The notes under the pieces: generated by a model
The model's database searches: none
What the model was told of the DNA's origin: nothing
What the model saw: the letters and a program-made list of their open reading frames with translations, nothing else
Program-made: the position numbers and the translations under genes
In this document: positions 1 to 8,356 of the stretch, piece by piece
How positions within the stretch are numbered: the stretch's first letter is position 1
Layout of the letters: each line of letters opens with the position of its first letter
DNA from: Candidatus Avoscillospira sp. LCP25S3_F1
GTDB taxonomy: Bacteria; Bacillota; Clostridia; Oscillospirales; Oscillospiraceae
NCBI RefSeq assembly: GCF_052117125.1
Contig: NZ_JBQKJT010000001.1
Span: 46,684-70,683 of the forward strand
Length of the DNA: 24,000 nucleotides
Direction of reading: 5' to 3'

Positions 1-2198
1 ATGTCCTTGTCCGTTGCTTGGTCCGGGTCCCAAAGGTCAAATGAGTGCTCTGACTCAAATACTCGAGTTAATCTTTCCGCAAACGCCTTTACTGATAAGC
101 GGTAATTTCCATTTGTCCTCATTTCCTTTACAACACGGAAAATACCACGCCGCCGGAGAAACTCTTGATAGGATTTCTCCATATAATTCGCAAAGAATGC
201 TGCTTCACTTCTGCTATCAGAGAAACACAGAAATTGTTTTGCTTTTTCCTTTAACTCAGGTTTTTTGATATTTCTCACTTGAGCAAAAGGATCATCCGTC
301 CATTGGATCGCCTCCTTGTCTGAGTTTTCTGCAGGTATTACGACTTCTGCATCTGGAAGCTGCTCAAAAAGCTCCGTACACAGAACCGCTGTAGCAGCAT
401 CAGAACCCAGATAGAAGCTGCGAAAACTTCCATATCCGCAAGCCGGACATTTGGCAATTTTCTTACCTTTCGTTCGATTTACACGCTTAAGATGGATATA
501 TTCCGCTTTTTTACAATCACAAATCGAACCCAAAACAATATCTGCTTTGGTGCCCATCTTCCCGCATTGCGTGCAAATTACAAAATCATTTTCACCTTGA
601 TCTTCCAATGCTTCTCCTTCTGCATCTTCGATGCCCATATCTTTCAATTCGGCATCATCCCACAGAAGAAAAAACTCGCAATCGTCGGGATCTTGTTCCG
701 ACTTCCTGGAAACCTGCCGATACTGGCCGCATTCATTTTTTCCGACCAGTGCAATCCGACCACAATCCTGACAAATTGCGATTTCAAATACGCCCTGCCC
801 CTGTTCGTTGCGCTCCCTGCGCTTCAAATAGAGCCTTTTGGGATTTCCCAATGTAATGTAAGCTCCCTCCAACGCCCGGACAAAGAAATGATATTTGGCT
901 TTGATAAGGCTGGCACCATTTTTCTCCGCCGCAGTGCAAACTGCCACAAAATCAATCAGTTCTTCCTTTGAGATGCCCAAAGACTTTCTGATTGTATCGA
1001 TTGTTTCCGGCATTATAGTTGCACATCTAAAACGGTAAAAAAGGTCGCAGTGCAGCAAAAATTCATAGATTTTTTCCTCTGTATCCCCATTGGGAGCATA
1101 ATCCTCGATACCGTACTTTTGCAGTATTTCCCCCAACGGGAGTCGCTTTTCCGCAATCTCCTTAAAAATAGCAACTGGAACATCCAATCGTTCCTTGATG
1201 GCCGGACTGGCATCCTGAGAGCGGATAATATTCTCCGGGTAAAATTCTACGCCACAAAGATTTTTTCCAAAATCCACAATATCTTGATTGGCATCCTCTC
1301 CCCCAAGTGTAGCACTGGTCAGAATATATTGCACACTGCTGTTTCCAATCCGGGCACGCAGGCGACGCATAAGCATAGAAGTCTCCATGCCAGTTGTTCC
1401 TTTATATACATGCGCTTCATCCAAAACCACAAAGTGAAGTCTTGCGCTGGAAAAGACTTTATCATCTTTTGGACGAAGCAGCATGTATTCCAACATGGAA
1501 TAGTTGGTAATCAATATGTGGGGCGGCGTCTGCTGCATTTCCTCTCTGGACAATATTTCATTGGTCAACGGCTCTGGAAATTCTGCATTGATACTGTTTT
1601 TACGATATTGCTCCCGAGCCTTTGCCCTGGTATATTCTGTATTTCCGTTATAAAGACCAAACGTAATATCTGGATAATTACGCAAAAGTCTGCGCATTCG
1701 TTTGATCTGGTCATTGGCCAGCGCATTCATGGGATAGATAATGATGGCGCGAACGCCGTTCACGCTCAGTGTGCCTACTTCTTTTTCCTTCAAAAGTGAA
1801 TGGAGGATTGGAAGCAAAAAACATTCCGTTTTGCCAGAACCTGTTCCTGTGGTAACTACAAGATTATTTCCAGCTGCTGCTTTTTTTAGTGCTTCTACCT
1901 GATGCAGATACAAAGAGCGTTCCAGCTTCAGCTCACGCTTCTTTTCTGCAACCGGCTCCAGCTCTGCAAATTCTCTACTGGCAATGCCACTGGCTATCAA
2001 CTGAGAGAGACTTTCGCCGGTTTTGTAGGACCCGCTCACATCCAGGTATGGTCCCTTGGCCACAAATCCTTCTTTCTCTAATTGTGTCCGCAGCTCTTTG
2101 GCATACTCTTTGTCTGCAATGTCAAAACTGGTGGTAATGTAGTCCACATAGCTTTGCTTTATGTTGTCAGACGCCACAATTGGGTCAAATCGGTTCAA
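1..2198 (-). CDS. Superfamily-2 DEAD/DEAH-box helicase, first ~732 codons (3' end beyond window start); YprA/DrmA/DruE-like with zinc-ribbon insertions
   Basis: Open minus-strand frame from TTG 2198 to the window edge. The TTG overlaps the upstream stop as TTGA, with AGAGGA 8 nt upstream. It is absent from the ORF track because it has no stop in the window. My translation shows Walker A TTGTGSGKTE (GTGSGKT = 1827-1847), HILITNYSMLEYMLLRP, motif II VVLDEAH (DEAH = 1410-1421) and motif III TSATL. These are followed by CxxC pairs (CQDCGR, CTQCGK, CPACGY) and CFSDSRSEAAF at the start of the second RecA lobe. Confidence 0.85.
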   Translation of the reverse strand, partial: MNRFDPIVASDNIKQSYVDYITTSFDIADKEYAKELRTQLEKEGFVAKGPYLDVSGSYKTGESLSQLIASGIASREFAELEPVAEKKRELKLERSLYLHQVEALKKAAAGNNLVVTTGTGSGKTECFLLPILHSLLKEKEVGTLSVNGVRAIIIYPMNALANDQIKRMRRLLRNYPDITFGLYNGNTEYTRAKAREQYRKNSINAEFPEPLTNEILSREEMQQTPPHILITNYSMLEYMLLRPKDDKVFSSARLHFVVLDEAHVYKGTTGMETSMLMRRLRARIGNSSVQYILTSATLGGEDANQDIVDFGKNLCGVEFYPENIIRSQDASPAIKERLDVPVAIFKEIAEKRLPLGEILQKYGIEDYAPNGDTEEKIYEFLLHCDLFYRFRCATIMPETIDTIRKSLGISKEELIDFVAVCTAAEKNGASLIKAKYHFFVRALEGAYITLGNPKRLYLKRRERNEQGQGVFEIAICQDCGRIALVGKNECGQYRQVSRKSEQDPDDCEFFLLWDDAELKDMGIEDAEGEALEDQGENDFVICTQCGKMGTKADIVLGSICDCKKAEYIHLKRVNRTKGKKIAKCPACGYGSFRSFYLGSDAATAVLCTELFEQLPDAEVVIPAENSDKEAIQWTDDPFAQVRNIKKPELKEKAKQFLCFSDSRSEAAFFANYMEKSYQEFLRRRGIFRVVKEMRTNGNYRLSVKAFAERLTRVFESEHSFDLWDPDQATDKD

Positions 2199-3010
2199 AA
2201 ATCATCTTCCTCTCTGAATGCAAACTCATCAGCAATGGGAAATCTTTTCCACGCTTCTTCCGGTGGACAATCCCATTTTCTATTTTTTATGCGCACATAT
2301 CCTTTTTCCAGATACACTTTTGTATCTACATCAAGCAGCAGCGGCTCTCCGTCTGCATTGTAAACTTTTACTCGATTACCCTGTACAACGCAGAAGGACA
2401 CTGGGTTAATGTTTTCGTACTGTTCATTCTCCGGGTCATTGTTCATATAGTTCCATCGTTGATCCGGAGCACGAAATGAGAGCACGCCTTCATACGTCGG
2501 AACTGGAGGTTCAAACTCTCCGTCAAAGTCACGCATACCAATGTATTCAATGTCAAAAATAACCGCATCATTGTAGTGGAACTTTGCCATCTCTATTTTC
2601 CGTGTTTCACAGGACCAGAACCACACTTTCATAAGGCGAACAAATTTCCCATCAAACCTACATTCAGGCCGTTCTTCAATTTGGAACGTTTCTTCCCAAA
2701 CCAACTGGCGGCGATCTCCAACAACAAAAGGATTATCATTCGGCAGGTCAAGAAATACCTTGCATCCATAACTCCCCGGCTTGCAGGAAAAGTTTTTTTC
2801 AAAAGGCTTTCCGGGCTGAAGTTGTCTATAGATCCACGGATCATTCTGAACATCATTTTCCAATTCCACTGTAAATTTTGGAGAACCTGGGCCTATAAAG
2901 TTTGAGTCAGGTTCCCATATGATACATGTGTTATCACGGATCAATGGCGAGGTCAGAAACGCAGGAGTAAAATATACATCTGCTACGGGGGCTGATTCTG
3001 GAAAGACCAT
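2195..3010 (-). CDS. hypothetical protein (271 aa), translationally coupled to the helicase
   Basis: ORF track. Its stop at 2195-2197 overlaps the helicase TTG start. I recognise no motif in it. The ATG at 3010 is immediately preceded by an in-frame TGA. Confidence 0.65.
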   Translation of the reverse strand: MVFPESAPVADVYFTPAFLTSPLIRDNTCIIWEPDSNFIGPGSPKFTVELENDVQNDPWIYRQLQPGKPFEKNFSCKPGSYGCKVFLDLPNDNPFVVGDRRQLVWEETFQIEERPECRFDGKFVRLMKVWFWSCETRKIEMAKFHYNDAVIFDIEYIGMRDFDGEFEPPVPTYEGVLSFRAPDQRWNYMNNDPENEQYENINPVSFCVVQGNRVKVYNADGEPLLLDVDTKVYLEKGYVRIKNRKWDCPPEEAWKRFPIADEFAFREEDDF

Positions 3011-3179
3011 TCATCCAGCGGCAGACCAGGCCGTTATCCAGATAAAAGTCCTGTTCCTCTTTCTGGTTAAAAAAACTGGCAAAGAGTTCATAGAGCAAAT
3101 CGGTCTGGCTCATATTGCGGTCATCACTGATATAGCGGCGGATAATCGCCATAATCGAGCAGAAATCACATCGCTCCAT
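2934..3179 (-). CDS. small hypothetical protein (81 aa), first gene of the helicase operon
   Basis: ATG at 3179 is preceded by GGGAGGG plus 5 nt. The ORF-track start 3206 is an upstream upper bound. It overlaps the next ORF by 77 nt in another frame. Confidence 0.5.
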   Translation of the reverse strand: MERCDFCSIMAIIRRYISDDRNMSQTDLLYELFASFFNQKEEQDFYLDNGLVCRWMNGLSRISPRSRCIFYSCVSDLAIDP

Positions 3180-3342
3180 AAATACCCTCCCTTCTGCTTT
3201 TGTCAATTTGCGGTCAACTCCCGCTCAATGCAAGTCAGTCCAGTTCTTGATACACTGAAACCACAACAGAGGTCCCAACCCGCTCCTGAAAAACATTGGG
3301 TATAGCAGGCAGCCTCTCCCTCATAGATTGCACTATCGGGAG

Positions 3343-3555
3343 GTGTGTGGTATCAGCAGAAAAAGCGCTCCAATCCATGTGATTGTCCATGCCCCAAAAA
3401 CAGAAGCCGGACAGCTGGAACTGGCGAAACGCGTTGCCGGTGTCCATGCCGATCTGGTGCATCGCTACATACAAAAGCTGCGTTGCCCCACAGAGGAAAA
3501 AGCAGCGTTATTGGATGCCGTCATTGCAACCGTCAAAAAGAACGCAGGAGATTGA
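3343..3555 (+). CDS. conserved small protein, copy 1 (about 66-70 aa); start codon uncertain
   Basis: The frame is open 3328-3555. The last 66 codons are 59/66 identical to ORF 17941-18153. Codon differences between the two copies are roughly 10 synonymous vs 7 replacement, which argues for real coding. In-frame GTG 3343 abuts GGGAGG (3338-3343) and ATC 3352 lies 8 nt after it, so the initiation codon is unresolved. Confidence 0.6.
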   Translation: MCGISRKSAPIHVIVHAPKTEAGQLELAKRVAGVHADLVHRYIQKLRCPTEEKAALLDAVIATVKKNAGD

Positions 3556-3724
3556 ACCCGTGTGGGTTTGATTTCCTGGGCATTTCGCAAGACGCCTCAC
3601 CATACAGGTTACACCAGTTTTCCCTATTTTTAGCAATTTATATTGTAGGATGTGTGTTACTTGATCGCAAGAGAATCTAGCAAAAATTTACAGATTATTT
3701 TCATCTATGTTTTCCCTTCATAGC

Positions 3725-3772
3725 AAAATAGCAGATGGTCAAACCTGCTGTGGTTTGACCATCTGCTATTTT
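3725..3772. terminator. bidirectional rho-independent terminator
   Basis: Perfect 21-nt arms aaaatagcagatggtcaaacc / ggtttgaccatctgctatttt with a 6-nt loop. A-run and T-run flanks lie between convergent genes. Confidence 0.8.
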
Positions 3773-3779
3773 TATTGGG

Positions 3780-4070
3780 TTATTTTCCAAACAAATCGCT
3801 ATGGGTTCCGGTTCTGGCCAAAGTCAGAACCAGCACACCGTTTTCAATACGGTAAATCAACAGCCAGTCCGGCCCGATATGGCATTCCCGAAAACCACCC
3901 CAGTTCCCGGTCAGTGCATGATCCCGGTGTTTCTCCGCCAACGGTTCATCGTTGGCCAATGCCGTGATGATGGTATCCAGCAGCTCCAGGTTCAACCCAC
4001 GTTTTCTGGCCTGTTTGTAGTCCTTTTTGAAGGCTGTGGTCAATTTGACGGTATATTTCATAGAGCTCAT
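3780..4070 (-). CDS. yafQ: type II toxin, RelE/YafQ-family mRNA interferase
   Basis: MKYTVKLTTAFKKDYK...HALTGNWGGFRECHIGPDWLLIYRI...ARTGTHSDLFGK matches the YafQ pattern (..RTGTHAALFG). ATG 4070 overlaps the antitoxin stop as ATGA. An alternative ATG lies at 4061. Confidence 0.85.
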   Translation of the reverse strand: MSSMKYTVKLTTAFKKDYKQARKRGLNLELLDTIITALANDEPLAEKHRDHALTGNWGGFRECHIGPDWLLIYRIENGVLVLTLARTGTHSDLFGK

Positions 4071-4345
4071 GCCTTCAAGTCCGCAAACAATTCATCCAGG
4101 TTCGTATACCCTTTCACCGAAGGGTCCCTGGCAATGCGCTCTGCCTCCAGCATGGCCGCCACCGTCTCCCGATTGGGCTGGTTCAGCGAGATTTCAAAGG
4201 GAATACCGCCTTCCCGGAGGGCCTGCCGCACAAAAATATTGAATGCGGTGGTCAGGTTCATGCCCAGTTCGGCAAACAGTGCATCGGCCTGGGCCTTGAG
4301 GTCTGCATCCATGCGGATGCTGATATTGGTTGTGTTGTTGGCCAT
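4067..4345 (-). CDS. dinJ: type II antitoxin, RelB/DinJ family
   Basis: MANNTTNISIRMDADLKAQADALFAELGMNLTTAFNIFVRQALREGGIPFE is a ribbon-helix-helix DinJ-like N-terminus. ATG 4345 is preceded by AAGGAG plus 8 nt. The gene sits directly upstream of the toxin. Confidence 0.85.
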   Translation of the reverse strand: MANNTTNISIRMDADLKAQADALFAELGMNLTTAFNIFVRQALREGGIPFEISLNQPNRETVAAMLEAERIARDPSVKGYTNLDELFADLKA

Positions 4346-4448
4346 TGGCTCCACTCCTTCCTTTGATATCTCTATTGTATTCTGTTTGCACGAGAATTAC
4401 AATATATTGCACGAAAATTTTTTGTTGTCTTTGAATCTACAACCATCA

Positions 4449-4476
4449 TTGAAAGTTTGTTACGTTATGATATAAT
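4449..4476 (+). promoter_or_regulatory. sigma-A-type promoter in front of the recombinase 5' fragment
   Basis: TTGAAA (4449-4454), a 16-nt spacer, then TGA-TATAAT (extended -10, 4468-4476). AAGGAGG at 4502-4508 and ATG at 4516 follow. Confidence 0.55.
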
Positions 4477-4515
4477 ATAATAAATGATATATCATAAAAA
4501 CAAGGAGGAAAAGCC

Positions 4516-4710
4516 ATGGCAACGCAAAATCAAACCATAGCCCTCTACTCCCGCAAGTCCCGGTTTACCGGCAAGGGCGAGAGCATTGGCAATCAGGTGG
4601 AGCTATGTAAAGAATATGTGCGGCTGCACTTTGGAGAGCAGGCCGCGGAACAGCTGGTTATCTACGAAGACGAAGGGTTTTCCGGCGGCAATTTTGTTGG
4701 GGTAAGATAG
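4516..4710 (+). pseudogene. 5' fragment of a large serine recombinase gene, truncated after codon 60
   Basis: MATQNQTIALYSRKSRFTGKGESIGNQVELCKEYVRLHFGEQAAEQLVIYEDEGFSGGN matches the N-terminus of ORF 18996-20816. Homology stops at 4694 and the frame runs into a stop 5 codons later. Confidence 0.85.
4541..4694 (+). repeat. direct repeat, left copy (partner 19021-19174)
   Basis: 154 nt with one mismatch (4548 c vs 19028 t). 4549-4694 is identical to 19029-19174 (146 nt), at an offset of 14480. Confidence 0.95.
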
Positions 4711-4742
4711 CGTTACCATTTTGGTGCGCTGCCTTACCCCAA
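4697..4742. repeat. imperfect palindrome at the left junction (att-site or terminator candidate)
   Basis: ttggggtaag (4697-4706) pairs with cttaccccaa (4733-4742). An inner acca/tggt pair is centred near 4720. It is followed by ttttt on the plus strand. Confidence 0.6.
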
Positions 4743-4756
4743 TTTTTAGATGTATA

Positions 4757-6478
<1,722 letters not shown>

Positions 6479-6533
6479 TTAAATTATACCATGCACCGCT
6501 GCCCGTGTCATGTCCAAAATATGAAAAAACGCC

Positions 6534-6701
6534 CTATTTTCGGGCGTTTCCAGCGTTCTGTTCCATATCCTTGCGAATAAGTTTTTTAATCTTTTTGTCC
6601 AGAGTGTCCGTAGCCCGTTCACTTGCTGACGAACAGACAAGATAAGTTACTTTTCCAATTTTATGTTCCGTTGTAGTAACGGGTATCGTATGCTGCGACA
6701 A
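6534..6701 (-). CDS. small hypothetical protein (55 aa) upstream of the recombinase
   Basis: TTG 6701 is preceded by GAAAGGGGG plus 7 nt. The product ..EHKIGKVTYLVCSSASERATDTLDKKIKKLIRKDM has the look of small proteins that accompany clostridial serine-recombinase transposons. I cannot name the family. Confidence 0.4.
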   Translation of the reverse strand: MSQHTIPVTTTEHKIGKVTYLVCSSASERATDTLDKKIKKLIRKDMEQNAGNARK

Positions 6702-7131
6702 AGAAAAGCCCCCTTTCTTTCGCAATCAGGTAATACAAGTTTATGAATAGGGGCAAGTCCACTATTCAGCGAAAAATGGGCGTTCATCAGACGGTTGGTA
6801 GCACAACCTCACGGGAATTTCACCCCGTCCCATGCTTGTGGGTGCGCCGCGCAATGCTTTGAGGGCGTTCAACGCGGGAGTATCATTATGTATTCTGCGC
6901 GTCGTCGCCCACGGGCTGCTATCCCGTTTTACGGCGTAGGTATAAATCGCTCGGCTTTTCCTCATAAAGAAAAAGCGTCATGGCGTACCCGCCGCGTAGC
7001 TCGGCGCAAAAGGAATGTATCTGATTTGCCCTATGCTGCGCCGCTTTTAATCAAGTGACGCTTTCTTTGTCAAGGTACAAGAGAGGGTTTCAGTTTGCCG
7101 CCACGGAAAGGGGGAACGGGGCGGCTAACAA

Positions 7132-7374
7132 TCAAAACCGAAAATCCAAAATAGCGCGGATCAGCCGTGAGCGCAAACGGTCGTAAATATCCCGGTCAAT
7201 CCCGTAATATGTATTGCCGCGTTCGTCGCGGAGCTTGCGGATTGACAGGGCAGAGATTTGACGCTCATAATGCTGTAATACCAAGCCGATTGCTTCCGGG
7301 TCGCCTGCATTGGCAGCAACGATCAGCGGATAAGGCAGTAAACCGCGCTCGTCGTAATCACTGTTCATCTTCAT
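7132..7374 (-). CDS. helix-turn-helix protein of the conjugative-transposon regulatory type (80 aa)
   Basis: ATG 7374 is preceded by GGAGGA plus 8 nt and overlaps the end of the sigma gene. The sequence pattern IVAANAGDPEAIGLVLQHYERQI...LIRAILDF is paralogous to ORF 16295-16540. Confidence 0.65.
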   Translation of the reverse strand: MKMNSDYDERGLLPYPLIVAANAGDPEAIGLVLQHYERQISALSIRKLRDERGNTYYGIDRDIYDRLRSRLIRAILDFRF

Positions 7375-7936
7375 AAGCGCGTTCCTCCAAATAGTTTCTA
7401 AGCCGTTCAAAAGAGCTTGTCCGGCGATACTGTATCGTGCTTCGGGGGATATTGTGGAGCTTCGCAATTTCGGCGTCGCTCATGCCCTCAAAGTAATAAA
7501 GCAGTATGACGTTTCGCTTTTCTTCCGGCAAAGTCCGCAGAGCTTCGGCAAGCAGCTTTGGGGTAATTTTCTTTCCTGCCACATGAAAAGAACCGTCGTC
7601 CTTTTCCTCGTCGTCAAAATAACTGTCAACCGTGAAAAGGCTATTTTCTTCTTGCGTGGTAAGGTCGGAAAAAGTGACTTCCCGCAACTGATGGCGTTTT
7701 ACGTCGCGGTGGGCATTGCTCGCTTCGCACCGAATGACTTTTTTACAAAAGCCGTTAAATGCACAGCGGATTTCCCATTGGCTACGGTCAGGCTCGTCCA
7801 TACGATCAGCTCCTTTCCCGTCTGTGAAAGTGGTTGATTGTTGGTTTTCCCCTTTCACTTGCCACACCACCGCATTTTGAAAACTGCCAAACGAAAACAG
7901 CGGATTTTCAGAAAAATTTTTAATTTTTTTTGCCAT
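7358..7936 (-). CDS. sigma-70 family (ECF-like) factor, region 4 recognisable
   Basis: The C-terminus LRTLPEEKRNVILLYYFEGMSDAEIAKLHNIPRSTIQYRRTSSFERLRNYL is a sigma region-4 HTH. ATG 7936 is preceded by AGGAGG plus 8 nt. Confidence 0.8.
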   Translation of the reverse strand: MAKKIKNFSENPLFSFGSFQNAVVWQVKGENQQSTTFTDGKGADRMDEPDRSQWEIRCAFNGFCKKVIRCEASNAHRDVKRHQLREVTFSDLTTQEENSLFTVDSYFDDEEKDDGSFHVAGKKITPKLLAEALRTLPEEKRNVILLYYFEGMSDAEIAKLHNIPRSTIQYRRTSSFERLRNYLEERAYEDEQ

Positions 7937-8123
7937 GATAAATACCTCCTGTCCGATTTGCGTAAACCAACGTGTCACGGACAGAAGCAGGCGGGGAACG
8001 ACAACGGGGATAGATTTGTAAAGCAGCAAAAGCAGCTTTATTTCAGCCCCCTAAACCGTTCGACAAATGGCGCAATTTTCGGTATTTTTCGTTCTGTTCC
8101 TCTTTCTCTCAACAATTTTCGCA

Positions 8124-8175
8124 GAACAAAAGAAAACGCCCGATTTAAGGTTTTTTCAACCTCAAATCGGGCGTT
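8124..8175 (-). terminator. rho-independent terminator (minus strand)
   Basis: 12-bp stem aacgcccgattt / aaatcgggcgtt (8135-8146 / 8164-8175), followed on the minus strand by ttttcttttg. Confidence 0.7.
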
Positions 8176-8284
8176 GCGTTTCCATATTCGATTGGGTGGA
8201 TTAGGACAGATAAAGAAATATTGCATAAAATTTCCCCTCCCTAAAAAATCCGTAGGTGGGGCAGCTTTTTAGCTATACCACCGG

Positions 8285-8325
8285 CAAAACAAAGAGGGCG
8301 GCGGGGCAAAATGCCTCGCCGCCCC
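8285..8325 (-). terminator. rho-independent terminator directly after the DGR target gene
   Basis: GC stem 8295-8306 / 8314-8325 (10 of 12 paired), followed on the minus strand by tctttgttttg. Confidence 0.6.
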
Positions 8326-8356
8326 TGCGGTTGTTACAAAACGAACTTGTTATGTG

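Noticed and set aside
14-2479. Plus-strand ORFs (e.g. 492-971, 1050-1799, 2180-2479)
   Set aside because: They lie antisense to the uninterrupted helicase frame and have low-complexity, motif-free translations. The helicase frame carries clear Walker A / DEAH / SAT motifs.
3235-3474. 79-aa minus-strand ORF
   Set aside because: It lies antisense to the conserved small ORF, whose substitution pattern between the two copies supports plus-strand coding.
4516-4710. Functional small resolvase-like protein
   Set aside because: Only 60 codons match a serine recombinase before homology breaks. That is too short to contain the full catalytic domain, so I treat it as a truncated remnant.
6807-6832. 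ggtgaaattcc-containing segment (minus strand) resembling part of a cobalamin riboswitch core
   Set aside because: It is an isolated short motif. I could not find a B12 box or the surrounding conserved helices, and no cobalamin-related gene is nearby.
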